The translations under genes were made by a program, and so were the position numbers. Positions 1 to 34,705 of a stretch of DNA of 64,000 nucleotides are shown here, in pieces. The stretch's first letter is position 1; every line of letters starts with the position of its first letter. Source of the DNA: Chrysomallon squamiferum (Eukaryota; Animalia; Mollusca); the NCBI GenBank assembly GCA_012295275.1, contig CM022674.1:3720001-3784000 (forward strand), read 5' to 3'. Below the pieces are notes generated by a model. The model was not told where the DNA came from, ran no database searches, and worked only from the letters and a program-made list of their open reading frames with translations.

Positions 1-329
1 GATGATATTATTTTGATGGGTAAGGGTAATTTATTTAATTTTTTTTTTTTTTATCGTGTTTTTCTCAGTTAATAAAATTCCTGTTTCTATTTATTTACTT
101 CTTTTTTTTTTCTTTTTAAAAAAAATAAAAATAAAATAAAAAAATAAAATAAAAAGTATATAACAGATCATTAATCCAGCTTGTAAGAAAAAAAACTGAA
201 ATCACCAGAGAACAGGCTGTAATGGTGTTTAATTCTGAGTTTGTTGAGTACCATTTCATTCTTGACTTTTTATTGTTTAAGTAAATATTAAGTCTTGGTC
301 CAGAATAATCCAAATGTCCGTATATGGTC

Positions 330-560
330 ACTTGCGGTCTCAAGCTTGCCAAATAATGAATCAGATATGTTTAAAATATTTCCCGTTCCAGACAGAGTCT
401 TTGATTTATAAACTATAGGCCATGATATTAACATTAAAGCTTTCTGGAATATGATGTAGATAAGTTCCTCAATAGACTTTGAAAATTCAACAAAAGGAAG
501 AAAAAGAATTAATCAGTATGTTTTTCTGGTATTTTTAACTAAATGAAGATATTTGTACAA
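330..560 (+). mobile_element. Possible decayed non-LTR retrotransposon (L1/Tx1-like ORF2 3' end) fragment
   Basis: Broken-frame peptides TESLI..W, NIKAFWN, DVDKFLNRL and INQYVFLVFLTK*RYLYK resemble the region after the zinc finger of LINE ORF2. Judged by eye only. Confidence 0.3.
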
Positions 561-784
561 ATACATACATATATGCGTACATACGTACATACATCCTACA
601 TACACACGTACATACGAACATACATACATATGCATAGATACACGCACACATAAAAACACGCTCACATGTACACACATACTTCCGCGTCTGTTTGTTAGTT
701 TCATCTTCATATTGTTATTTTGTAGTTGCTATTATTATTATTGTTGTTGTTGTTATTGTTGTCGTCGTTATTATTACTACTGTT

Positions 785-834
<50 letters not shown>

Positions 835-1206
835 TAATTTCTGTCCTCTTTTACGTTTTTCTTCTTTCTTTTCTTTTGTTTTCTTCGGTTTTGGGTTGTT
901 TATCAAAATTCATCAACATTAGAAGCTCTGACACAATCAATTCTCAAAACTTTTACCTCGCTACTGTTACTTGATTCCTGGGTTTGCACATCAGATTAAA
1001 AATTTATTATCGAGCATTCAGAAGTTCGTTTTTTGAAAAGCTAATATTATATTATTCTTACTTATTAATTTATTCACGTTCTATTTTTTTTTTTTTTTTT
1101 TTTTTTTTAGTCATGGGTATCTGTGACCTGTTTCAACAAAAGGTATATAAAAAAGAAGGTATTATCGTTTTTGACTTTAAGAACGGTGATTGTAATGTCT
1201 AATTAT

Positions 1207-1267
<61 letters not shown>

Positions 1268-2126
1268 GTATTTTTATTTTCATTCATTATTTAACAATTA
1301 TTTTTGCATCCTTTTAAACGGTAATAAAATGCACGTGCATGCATAAATACATACGCATGCACACCCATAAAAATACATCCTAAGAAGTCTCCAAAGGGAA
1401 AATAAGTGGATATAAAAAAGAGTCAAGGTTAGATAATTTCTTGCGATTGCTTTACGTATATATGTATATGTAAATCATTTTGAAAAACGACAGAATTATA
1501 TAACCACAAAACACAAAAATAAACTATAGTGTTCATTTGATAGGTGATTTCTGGTTTCTACGGAGTTATGTCCCTTAGAGTAAATATTTCTTTCAGCTTT
1601 TGAAGTGTATTATTTTGGAGCTACTCAGTGTAATTTTATTTTTTCGTTTATATTTTAAGTATTTATTAAGCCTGGGTCCCAAAAAAAAAAAAAAAAAAAA
1701 ACAACAAAAAAAACAACAACTCCTTAATATGTTAAATTTATGTTAGTCCTGTTTTGTATGTGATACAATCGTTGTTATCAGTTTATGTGATATTTCTTTT
1801 TGTTGGTTTCTTCCTTTCTTTTTTTTTCGTTCCTTCTTTCTTTTAGTTACAGATTTAGTTTAGTAGTAATATGATACAAATGCGTAAAAATAAAACAAAA
1901 AACTACAAATTTGTTTTTATACAATTTTATTTTTCGTTTTCAAATAAATATATATATTTAAGGTATTTTACATAAGTTATGCCAATAAGAGACGATGCAC
2001 AATGTATACATGCTGCCATAAGAAAATTAAATAAAACCAATACAAAAATCATCTTTCACAAAACGTGATATCATTAAATAAATACATGTATATATATGTC
2101 TAGGGAAGAATATGTGCTTGTGTCTG

Positions 2127-2190
<64 letters not shown>

Positions 2191-2264
2191 AACACGGTAT
2201 GTATTATGTAAAATTGTGCTTATATTTACCTCTTCTTTAAACTAAAAAGCTACCGTGTAAAAAA

Positions 2265-2328
<64 letters not shown>

Positions 2329-2384
2329 TTCACACAATGTACATAAACTCAACAGGTACATTAACCGGGTTTCAAACTATGTAA

Positions 2385-2407
2385 ATAAAATAATAATAAT
2401 AATTAGG

Positions 2408-2471
<64 letters not shown>

Positions 2472-2489
2472 TGATGATGATAATAATAA

Positions 2490-2522
<33 letters not shown>

Positions 2523-2710
2523 CAATAACAGTATCTTCTATAAATGTACAAGGTTTCTTGTTTTTTTCTGTTTTTATCATGGTAATCATTATCATCATCA
2601 CCATCATCATCAAAATGATCCTCAACGATAACGTAAACACCATCTGCATTTTCATCATCATCATCATCATCATTATTTTTGTTATTATTATTTTTATTAT
2701 TATTATTATA
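2385..2710. repeat. (AAT)n/(ATC)n trinucleotide tracts
   Basis: Directly visible. Confidence 0.9.
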
Positions 2711-3057
2711 TATTGAAAACTAAAAATATTTACATCAAACAATTACAAGAATTGTTGTGCGAATCGAAACACAGTTTGTTGTTCTTGAAATCTGAAAAAT
2801 AAAATAAAAAAAAAACAAACAAACAAAACAAATAAACAAACAAACAAATAAATAAAATTAATAAATAAATAAATGAAAAATTTAAACCAGAGAATCAAAA
2901 TAGTTTTAGAAAGCGAAAATGAAAGTACGTTGTATTACTGGATTTCGAAACACAATGAATTAAAAAAAAACACAACAAAATAACAAAGAATCGCGGACAG
3001 TCAACGTAAAAAAAAATATAAAAAAAAGATAAAATAAAATATCTCACCGACCTTGAC

Positions 3058-6822
<3,765 letters not shown>

Positions 6823-6870
6823 TGTTCTCCGTCGAAAACAACAGTTTGCCGAAACATTTTTTTTTTTCCT

Positions 6871-6879
6871 TTTATATAA
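6871..6879 (-). promoter_or_regulatory. TATA box of gene 1
   Basis: Minus strand reads TTTATATAAAGG about 50 nt upstream of the ATG at 6822. Confidence 0.55.
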
Positions 6880-7579
6880 AAGTACTGTACTTTGATCCGT
6901 CGTTTTGCAGGAACCAACAGGAAGTATGTCGTTTGTGTGAAGTTCGTACAAATCGGCGCGGAGCACTTTAGTTCAAGTTTGATTTTTTTTTTACAATTTC
7001 GCGAGTTTTTGCCTGCCTTGTGTCAAACGGAGTTAGGTATAGAGCGGTAATACGTACACATCAAAAATTTAATTCAATGTTTTGAGTACTGAGTTTTCGT
7101 TTGTTTTCGAACTTCCCAGTTCGGTAAAATGTTGTGTTATATATATGATATATATATATTGTATTTATTTATTTGTTTGTATAATGTTGTTTGCTTTGTT
7201 TTTCTTTTCTTTTTTTTTTTTGCTTTTTTGTTTTTGTTTTTTTTTTGTTTTTTTTTTTTTGTCTTTTCAAGATAAAATTGTTACATTATTCATTTTTCAT
7301 TTTTTTATTTATTTATTTTTATTTTTTTGTTTTTTGGAAATTTCAATGTCTTACACATTTTTCTTAAGCTCTGTAAACAGCGATCTATTTCAGTTTCTAA
7401 TTTTTATTTATTTATTTTTTTTTTTTTGCTTTATTTTTTTTATTTTTTTTTTTTTTTTTTTTTTTAGAAATTATTTGTTTTAATTACTGGGGGTTTATTT
7501 TATTATCATTTATTTTATATATTTTTTTTTATTCATTTTGTTTTAATGCATCGTTTCTCTGCTTCTGTTGTAGCAGTTG

Positions 7580-7631
<52 letters not shown>

Positions 7632-8339
7632 TATTATTATTTTATTATTATTATTATTACTATTTTATTATTATTATTATACCAACAATTTTAATTTTAG
7701 ATAATTATTGTTAAAATATAAACTGAATAGAGTTAAAATTTTAGTATTATTATTTTTATTAGTATAAAACTGTAGTAGTACATGTAGTAGTAGTGTCTGT
7801 ATATGTGTAGTATTATACCAACAAGGCAAATTAGATTAAATTCCTCAAGAAACTGAATAGAAATAAAATTTACAGTGTCTATGACGTATCTTTATTTAGT
7901 AAAAACGTATGTCTATATATATATATATATATATTTATGTAACTATGTCTGTCTATATATATATATATATATATATATGTCCCTGTAAATGTACTTGTAG
8001 TTATATTTTGTAACAGTCGCACTTTTCATTCAGCAGCTTAAACTATTTTAAGAATCTAGGCTGTCGAAAACGAAACGCGAACATGACGGCTATTCACGAA
8101 AACACGTAAACAGTGCTTACTTTACTAAACATGCAAACGTGACATTGTGACCGTGTCAAGGACTAAGGTCAAGGGATAAAGATGTCGTCTGGTGATGGTG
8201 GATGTTCTATTGTAGCTTTGGTGTTAATAGGTGGGACTAATTTAGAAAAAAAAAAAAAAGCCCAAACAATTTCAGTGCCCACCTTTGACCAACTTCTTAA
8301 GCGACAACTTAAAACAATAACTGTTGTTGCAAACTGTCA

Positions 8340-8399
<60 letters not shown>

Positions 8400-8612
8400 G
8401 TTTCCTCTTATTAATGATAATCTGTTTTATCCTACAGAACGTTGAGTTCAAAACGCTTAACGATTTAAGATATTTAAAGAGAGGACAGAAGTTCGCAAAA
8501 AAGGGGACATCGTTTACGTAATTATACGCGTTGATATATTACGTATATACCCTGGTATATTATAGGCAAATTAATAAAAAGATGGTAGGCATTGTGCTGG
8601 GTCTCTTATATG

Positions 8613-8665
<53 letters not shown>

Positions 8666-9240
8666 TGTTGTTGTAGTTGTAGTGGTTGTTGTTGTTTTAC
8701 TGGGAGTAGTGATTGTTGTTTCATGTTGTATTTGTGATGGTAGAAGTTCTTGTATTATATTGTAGTCGTAGTAGTAGCAGCAATTTGTTTGAATTAGTGG
8801 TAGTAGTTGTTGTTGTAGTGTAATAGTAGCAGCAGTAGTAGGCGTAGTAAATGGTAATAGCTGTAACATTATTTTGCTGCTGCTGTAGTCGTTGCAACAG
8901 TCGTAGTGGTACTAGAAGAAGTGTGTTGATAGTGTAAAAATGTCATGTAATGTAGTTGTTGTTAATGTTGCTGAAGGTTATGAACTGAAAAAAAAACAAC
9001 TTTACAACAACGCCGTGTTTTATAATCACGGAGAAGAAGAAAAATAATTTGTTTTCCTTTATCTTTCCTCTTGCTGTTTTATTCCGCAACATTAAGTCAC
9101 TTCCCTAATAGCGATGTACGAATTAAATCTCTCAAATACCAGATTATCTTAGAATAAAACTCCGTTAATGCGCCGAAATCAAGAAATAATCCATCAAATA
9201 ACAGCGAGTGTTTCTTTTCCCTTTTTCCTTGGAGTGAACG

Positions 9241-9247
9241 TATAAAA
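9241..9247 (+). promoter_or_regulatory. TATA box of gene 2
   Basis: TATAAAA about 55 nt upstream of the ATG at 9300. Confidence 0.55.
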
Positions 9248-9299
9248 CGTACACAAGAAAACAGAATCGTTTAGTTGACGTCGCATGAAAGAAGCCAGA

Positions 9300-11796
9300 A
9301 TGAAGCTTTGTGGAGCGATGCTGTGCTTCGTCTGTGGTAAGTGTTGTCGTTGTCGTTGTCGTGGTCGTTGTCACGGTAGTGGTTAGTGTCGTGATGTATG
9401 TCGTGATGTATTTCTTTGTTTTTGCTTATTTGTTGTTAATTGTTATTAATTGTAGTGACAACGGTATTAACAGCAGGAGTAATAATGTTTGTGTTAGTGG
9501 TAGTTGTAGTAGTAGTAGTAATAGTAGTAGGCGTAGTAGTAATAATAGTAGAAGTAATAATACTAGTAGTAGTAGTAGAAGAGCAATAGTAGTAGCAGTG
9601 GTTGTTGTAGTAGTAGTTGTTGTTGTTGTTGCTGTAGGTGCTGTGGCAGAAAGAAAAAAGAAAAATATACTTATATATATATATATATACTAATACCACT
9701 AATAATAATAATAATTATTATTATTATATATATATATATATAAATTCAACGTGTTTTTCTCTTTAATTTCAGTACTGGCGGACGTCGTGTCCGCTCAGTC
9801 CAAGACCAAACACTACTTCTACTGCCACCTGGCGTACGGCACCATGCCCGACTGGACCGACAGCTCGTGCACTCGCTACTGGAGCTGCGACGACTACGAC
9901 CTCTCTCTGCAGACGTGCCCCGACGACAACGAAGCGTACAGCTACGCCAAAGGCAAGTGCGTCCTTGCCACGACTCTGGACTGCAAGCAGCAGAACGAGC
10001 ACTTCGTAAACAGCCTCCCCGCCTACCTGGACCGCCACACCCTTCTCTACACCCAGGGTCCCATCTTCACCGCCGACAACGGCGAAACGCCTCTGTTCAC
10101 CGAGTCGCCGTATTGCCAAGTTGCTAACGGATCTCTCCCCGACTGGACGGACTCGACTTGTCGAAGGTACTGGAACTGCCGCGAGTTCGTCCTCACTCTG
10201 GAGACGTGCGGCGAGAACGAGGCGTATTACTATGGCAACGGGTCGTGCGTCGCCGAACAGTCGTTCCGCTGCGGCGATCAGAACACGCACTTCCGGGCCT
10301 CGCTTCCGGCGCCGCGGTTCCCGCAAGATGGCGTCAGTACGCATCCGTTGAGTACGAACTTTCAGACGGTTCATTTTGACAGAGACGTAGATTTTGGTAT
10401 GTACGGTGACTGTTAGTTAGTACGTAGTTGTTGTTGTTGTTTTTCTTCTTCTTCTTTTTCTTCTTCTTATTATTATTGTTATTATTATTTTTGTTATTAT
10501 TATTATTATTAGTAGTAGTAGTAGTAGTAGTAGCAGTAGAAGCAGCAGTACAAGTAATAGTATCGTAATAAAAGTAATATTAGTTTTGGTGCTGGTGATA
10601 TTAGTTGTTGTTGGTGCAATAGTAGTTACGGTAGCAGTAATAATAGCAGTAGCGGTAGTGGTATATAATAGTAATTGTGACTGTAGTGAAGTAGTAACAG
10701 CAGAAGTAGTAGCAATGGTAGTAGTAGCAGTAGTAGGATCAGTAGTCTAAGTTGTAGTATTTACCGTCGTCGTCGTTGTAATACTAGTAATAGTAGCTGA
10801 CATAGCCATTTTTAATCATCATATCAAATTAAATAGTATTTTTCTTTTTCTTCTTTATTAAATCAAATCGTAACTGAAATAAATGAAATACTTGTTTAAG
10901 TACTAGTTTTAAACTGTTAACTTTATCTTACAGTGTCACTGAATATTGTCTGTCTGTATGTTCTCGTAACTTAAACGTTACCTGAAGTCTAAACTGAGCT
11001 TTGATTTCTCTGTAATATTTCAGATTTTAAAACGACTACAACTGATAACACAGACAAAACTGACTGGCATTCCTTAGCAGTGAAACAGCCACAACACATA
11101 GGTAACTGTTTTATTTATTTATTTATTTATTTGCTTGTTTATTTGTTTGTTAGTTTGTTAGTTTGTTGCTTTATCTGTTTGTCTGTTCGTTTATTTGTTT
11201 AATTAACCGTATGAGGGTTTGTTTGTTTATTTCTTTACTTATTTATTTTGTGTAGTTGTTCATTTATTTGCTTATTTGGTTCTTTTTTCAATTTATCTTT
11301 GTATTTATTTATTTAGTTTATTTATGTACTTATTTGATTCTTTATTTACTCGCTTGTTTGTTATTTATTTATATATTAGTTTGCTGAGTTTTTTCTTTTC
11401 TTCTTGTTGATTTATTTCTTTTCATTTTATTGATTTTTTTATTTATTTCTTTATTTACTTATTTATTTTGCTGTTGATTTATATACAGTATTTAACGACA
11501 TTAATTATATTATCATCATACCGTATCCCCATCATTTATTATAGAATCATTATCATCATCATCATCATAACCATTTCAAATGTTTATTTTATTTTTACTT
11601 GTTATCATCATCATCATATTTATTATTATTATTATTATTTCCAGTGGAGCCGCTCGAGGTCAAGGTCAGTAAAGAAGTCTGTGATAAACTGAACATAGAA
11701 GATCTGGAAGCGGTTTTGAACACAGCTCTAATAAACATGACAGGATGTCCTGAAACTAACTGTACCCTTCCACTCTTCAATCTTATATGTCCGTAG
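9300..11796 (+). CDS. Secreted protein with two chitin-binding CBM14/peritrophin-A domains and a Cys-containing C-terminal module (296 aa)
   Basis: Exons 9300-9336 (MKLCGAMLCFVC, gtaagt), 9773-10396, 11024-11101 and 11645-11796 (TAG); all GT-AG, phase 1, 891 nt in total. Signal peptide MKLCGAMLCFVCVLADVVSA. Two six-Cys repeats: C...PDWTDSSCTRYWSC...C...C...C and C...PDWTDSTCRRYWNC...C...C...C. AATAAA near 11965. Confidence 0.88.
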
Positions 11797-12384
11797 ATCC
11801 GTCTGTCCGAATGTCAGTGTGTCTGTGGAACAGATATTGGCTAACGTCTGCTCTCATTTGCTGATGACTGTTTTTTGCGCTAAAACAAAATGGAGGCTTG
11901 AGAGCTTAAACGTCTTAAAACGTGAAAATCGTTTTCTGATTGGATTTGTGATTCACGTGATCGAAATAAACTCTTCGTTTGAAAAATAATAATTTCGCCT
12001 TCGTGATTATAAAACATTAATAATTTAAAAACAAGTATCGTGTTTCACTGGGGCAGACAAAACAGTTTGCTTTCGTGTGTTTTTTATTCTTTTTTTTTTA
12101 CTCTGCAGATATCTTATCCTGTGATTGGAAAGTTCAGATATTCACCTTTTTATGCAGTTTCATTAGAACGCACCTTTCACTCTGTCTGCTACAACTTTTG
12201 TTAAGTCTGTTATCTATGTATGATCTATTAATTTAGCCTGATCAAAACTCATGAACGTTTCTTCTTTTCTTTTACTATTCAAAATTTGATCAGTTCCTTA
12301 TCCCAACGATCCAAATCTTAATTTTTCCACTAACCCTGGATCTATTTTTAATATGTAGAAAACTGAAATATTTAAGCACACAGA

Positions 12385-12462
<78 letters not shown>

Positions 12463-13494
12463 AGCTATAATAATAAAGTAATTAACAAACGTATCATAAA
12501 AAACTCACCCATCCAAATTAGTCCAGGACTCTTTTGTTATTTATTTAGTCCAATCAAGTGGATTTACTCTGTTTTATTCTGAATTAATACATAAATGGCA
12601 TTCATGCGTCCGATCCTTAATAATATTAACAATGAACTGAAAATTGTGCGCATATAAAAGAAACCACGATGCATTTTAAAGAGCAACATTCATGTTATTT
12701 TTCTGTAGGTTTTTCTTCATTACATTTAAAGTGATGCTCTTTTTTTTTTTTTATACAAAAAAAATAAATTCTTCCAAAGTTTTGTTTATTTTGTTGTTAT
12801 TTATTTGTTTATTTAGTTACTTATTTAGTTAGTTACTTACTTATTACCATCATTATTATTAGTATTAATAGTACTAATAGAAGGAGAACAAATGATATGG
12901 CAGGCGGAAAAAAATATAATAAATAATGTAACACACTACAACAATCGCACGTTTTAACATAAGTTCGACTTTCGGTTTTGACTGAAATTGTAAACTGAAA
13001 AAAAAAACACCATCGAATGTGACTTGATATTTTAACCATCAACCAAGCACAACTAGGTAAATATTAAACTATTTTCGTATGTTCGTTGATATTTGTATAC
13101 GTTTAAATGAGTATTATTTTACTAACGAGAATATCGTTTGTATAATGACAATTTTCGTGTTATCGTTAGAAACGATTTTCGGAATTGGTAGACACCACTT
13201 AGGATTCTTTTGGTGATAATAATACAAAACATAATTGAAGCTTTTTTTCTGGATTGACCCATTTATAGAGAAGTATATACAGATTTTATAAAATGAAATA
13301 CTGAACTAATTATTTTGTTTAGAAAGTTTTTTTTTTTAAAAGCAAATACTTTATTATTATTTTATTTTATTTTTTTTTTACTTCATTTATTTTTCACATT
13401 TAGTAGCATCAATATTAACAGTCAAATTCGTTGTTTTAGGTGAAACGGAATTTAGCCCAAAAAATAATACTATCAGCCCGACCTCGAATATAAC

Positions 13495-13525
<31 letters not shown>

Positions 13526-13595
13526 ATTTTGTAAGTTTTCAAAAAAAAAAAAAAAACACCCCAAAACAACAGTGTTAAGAAAAATAACGCAGCAA

Positions 13596-29574
<15,979 letters not shown>

Positions 29575-32281
29575 ATATTTCAGTGACGATTGATTGATAA
29601 TTATTTGATAAGCCAGGAATATTTTTCAATTTTTTCTTTCTTTCTTTCTTCTTCTTTATTTGTGTTTCTTTCAGTTTTATCATGGACAAAAGTATTTTTG
29701 TTTTCATGGACCAAAAAAAGCACAAGTGCCCAAGATTCTGAACTCAGAAAACTCATGACAGATTATGATCTTTCTGAGATATTATTTTTTCATTTTTATA
29801 GAGAGAAAAAACGCAACATATTCTTAGAATAATTTTAACTACAAGGTTAAATTGACTCCTTTATCCATTTACAGTATTAAATACATTTTCCAGTATTTTT
29901 TGTTATTCAGTTTCGCAGTTTATCGAGACATTTCAATGTAAAGTCTATGACATATGCAATATCAAACTTCCCTATGCAAATACTCACCGATGTATAAAAT
30001 TAAAGATTGTCACACATAAAACACATATTTTGTTTCATATTTTTGTATGTATTGTCAACATATTTATTTTGGGGTAAAAATAAAAGTGAATTTTGTATTG
30101 TATTTTGTATGCTAAATAATGAAAAAAAAAAAATGTATGAATATCTTCCATTGCCCTGGTAATTACTTTTCCCATTCATGCCTAAGCTCCTCGTCTGGTT
30201 ATTTAAAGCTATGGTATGTGTTTTCCTGTTAATGTTAAACATTTGTTTCTGCCAGTGGCAGAAATACAGAAGAAACTTTTAAAGATTTACATCAGATATA
30301 TCAAATATTTAAATACTGCTGCCAAGACAAAATGAGTGTGTGTGTGTGTGTGTTTGTTGTTTTATCATACAGAATGAACATATTTTGAACATTGATTCTA
30401 TACTATTAATAAGATGTACAAAGAATCTGTTTTTACAGATTAATGGACATAGCCATGTCTTTTTTTTGTTTAAATTATAATTTAAAATACTGATTTCAAG
30501 TTTATTAATTGAACCAGAAGCATTATTATTTCCATTAAAAACAGAAAGAAAAATAAAGACTAAGGCTTTTTTTTTTTTTGGATTTAATTAAAGAACAAAT
30601 TCTGTTTGTAACCAGACCAAAAATAATTAGTATTATTTTTGAATATTAATCATTTAAAAAATAACTGGTATGTATGACTTCAATTATACTTGAAAATCGA
30701 TAAATTATTTTAAAAATTGATAAATTAAAGACAACCGATTATTTGTGATTTCAAGCACTTTATTAACAAACATAAAATTTCCTCACAGTTTACCTCTCCA
30801 GCAGAACTGAGGGAAATAACATGAACAAAATTTTGCTAAAAATAGATTCATAAAAAACAGGTGACGTAAACGTCCATTTAATTGCATCTCTCACAGATCA
30901 AATGGAGTATCAACAAATAAATATTTAGATCACAAAAGTGAGTCCCTGATTGCATCTCTTGCAGATCAGTAGTACATATTTATTTTAAAAAACAAACAAA
31001 AAAAACCTTTAACATGCACTTGAAAGCTAAGAGAGACAGATACATTTTGGTTGGTCATCACTAAAAAATAAAACTTTTTTTTAATCTTTTTTTATTATTA
31101 TTTAAAACAGTAATTTGTGAAAAAATATGAGAAAATTTGGTATGAAATAGAAATATATGGCATGTACCCACAGAGTATTAAATTTCAATATATTTCGAAA
31201 TCATTCCGGAAACAGTTTTCAATTTTTGCAAAATATCAGTATTTTCATGATCATAAATGTATCTAAAAATGGAAACCAGTTTTACATTAATGGTGAATTA
31301 TCCCATTATTTAACTTTTAAATAAAAAAATAAAATAACTTAAACAATATTTTATTTTATTTTATACTTTTGTGCGTCCATGATGGATTTAATTTTATTTA
31401 AAAAGAAAAAAAACAAAAATTGAATAATTAAAGTAATTAAAAATTTAATATAAATATTATTGTTGTAGATCCAAAGAATAAAAATAATAATTAAAAGAAA
31501 AAATAAATTTGCTGTTTTTACTTGATCTTTTCTAATTCCAGCGATGACCAACCAAAAATACAAATTTTTTTATTTCATTTTTTTTTTATAAAAATCACAC
31601 GATTATTTTTATCTACAAAATATCTGTGTACAAAATTCCCATTAATTACATCTCTTGTAGATCAATAGGAATCAACAAGGATAGTATATATATATAGTAT
31701 ATAATATATAATAACAGTAAATAAAAGTCTCCAAAAAATATTCTGACAGGTTACAAACTCTGTTGTAGAAAAGTCAGAATTTGCCCCAGACAATTAAAAA
31801 AACAAACAAAAAAAAAACATATACATTTATAAATAGTGAAAAACTGCACAAGCAAAGCATTAAAAAATGACAAGGAAATATTCTTGTAATATCTTGACTA
31901 CCATGTATTTATGGCTGCATGAATGTATATCCCACCAGCTATTCATTTTTGGAAGCATTGAAAAATTGTTTTGTTTTTTGTAGAATGAGACTAGTAAGTA
32001 AAAATAATAATAACAATAATAGTAATAATATTATTATTATTATTGTCATTATCATTATCATTATCGTCATCATCATCATCATCATATTGGATTTCATCAC
32101 ATAACAGAATAAATTATCAGTCTCTTTCATATATATATATATAATTTTCTTATACCCTGGAGTTGTTGTAGTTGTAACCGTCAAGACGGTAGATATACCA
32201 GACAAGCAGCTTTGACAAGACACACACTGCATAGCACGTGTAATACTACTAATACTACTAAAATAATAAAACAGAAATAAT

Positions 32282-32317
<36 letters not shown>

Positions 32318-32413
32318 TAATAAAGATAAAACAATAATAAAATATTAATAATAAAACAATAACAGTAAAAATATGATAATAAAAATAAATTATAATAATA
32401 ATAATACAACAGA

Positions 32414-32447
<34 letters not shown>

Positions 32448-32763
32448 GATAAAACAATAATAATAATAAATCAATAACAGTGAAAATATGATAATAAAAA
32501 TAAATTATAATAATAATAATACAACAGAAATAATAATAATAATAACAATAACAATAATAAAACAAAAGTAATAATGTAATAAAACAATAATAGTAATATG
32601 ATAATAAAAACAGTAATAATCATGTGAAGGTTAATTCAAAATGGTGTAAAACGTAGCACTTTTCATTCAGATCTAAAATCATCTGGTTATTAGGCTTGCT
32701 ATTTTTCACGACATTCAACTAAATTAAAGCATGTGCACTTACTCACAAACACGTACAAGCACG

Positions 32764-32806
<43 letters not shown>

Positions 32807-33517
32807 AACCTCTAACATAATTTCAACATGAAATCGTTCAGTACAATACTGTAAACAGAATCAGATCTCAAAACAATGATGAATGCACCAAACAGATGGA
32901 TATTTAAAACATTTTTACCAAACAATAAACTTGACAACAATTTCTTCATTCGTTTTTGTTAATTAACCAATTAAACATATCAGAGATGGTTCCAATTCAA
33001 CATCAGTTAAGCCAAAAGTGGGTGGCACTTGTAGAATATTTGACATTGTTAATAATCTCACTTTTTTAAAAATAATTACAAAATAGACATATTTAATTTT
33101 TCTTTCATATACTCTCACTCTCTCTCACACAAAACAAAAATGAGGAATTTGTTATAGGTTGTAATAAAATGTAAACAGGTTTCCATTTAACTCGAATATA
33201 ATTTTCATGGCAAGACGTGACAAAATATATAAATAAATAAAATTTAAAAAGTGTGCCTATTTGAAAAATCAGTTTTGAGTTACAGGCAAACATACAGGTT
33301 GGTTTTTCAAGTATTTTATTTGGACTAGTTTAATTCTTTTCTTCTTTTTTGTTTTGCTTTTGGCACATTCATTATTTGGTTTCATTTTTCTTCTTAAATA
33401 AATGATTTTATTATTATTCAGCATCAAGACAGTTTGAAATTTTCTTTCTCAGAACCTTTCTCAATCAATTTTCTCTCCATATATTTTTCTCTCTCTCTCC
33501 TATATCTCTTAGTCTGT

Positions 33518-33555
<38 letters not shown>

Positions 33556-33655
33556 TTTAAACTAAAGTTTAGTATGAAATGTATTTTTTTAGTGAAAAAC
33601 GTTTTCACCTTCTTTTACAAAAATAAATCAATATAATATAATTTTGAATTCATTA

Positions 33656-33713
<58 letters not shown>

Positions 33714-34705
33714 AATTTACTGTTTCCATGAGAATTTTATGGGTTTTGACTTTCAAAAGAACGGTTGAACATTTGCTGGTTTATTTTCTGTTATAAATTA
33801 TCCAAAACAACAATTCAGCATGATGTAATATGGTATATCTTCTGTTATGATTCTAATGTAATGCTGGATTTTACCATACTGTTATTACAACCCTACTGAA
33901 TATGTAAATGTGTATGCAATATTTTAAACTTTCACAAATGAAAATAATATAATGTATTACTAAAAATCACTCTGCATCTGTGTTATGATTTTTGAATTAA
34001 ACCAAATGGTCTTGATTAAGGACTGAAATCAAAAATTAATTAGCACTATACTACTGCATGAGAAAACTTAATAGATTTATCTATATATTCCTTCAACTAA
34101 AACACTTTTAATAAACAAAAAACATGTTAAAAACCTAAAATATATAACTTTGTAGCAGGTTGGTTCAAATTCAAAGTCTATAACTTTTAATATTTTTTTA
34201 CATTAAATAAATTAAATTAAAAAATAGAAATTTTAAAAGAAAGAAAAAAAAACCAATAAAAAAATAAAAATAACAAAACTATCAGAATAATAATTAAAAA
34301 AAAATATTAAAAATATTAAATATAAATCTAAGTGGCAAGTAACAATTTTAAAAATAAATATATACTTTTGGTTATATTTTAAAGTTTTGATGATAAAATC
34401 AAAACTAATAAATAAATAATGGGATTTAAATGAAAAGGTTAGTAATGATATTTTTCATTAACTTAAAAAAAAAGAAAAAAAAAAGGACTAAATAATTAAA
34501 AAAAAATAATTAAATAAACAATAAAGTTGTTCTACCAATAAATAAATCTGTCTCAAATACAACATGTTAAAAAAAAAAAAATTATTATTATTTTTGGGTT
34601 ATATTTTTAAAGTTTTGATCATGGATCCAATACTTGTTGAAAAATAGTAACAGTATGAGATTCAAGATATTGTAAAATGAGATTCAAAGGAAAAAGAAAT
34701 ACTTA

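Noticed and set aside
1561-1577. GGAGTTATGTCCCTT, a motif I associate with molluscan interspersed repeats
   Set aside because: A single short motif with no element boundaries; not enough to annotate.
9769-10374. 201-aa minus-strand ORF
   Set aside because: Antisense to the high-GC3 CBM14 exon of gene 2; such codon bias suppresses antisense stops.
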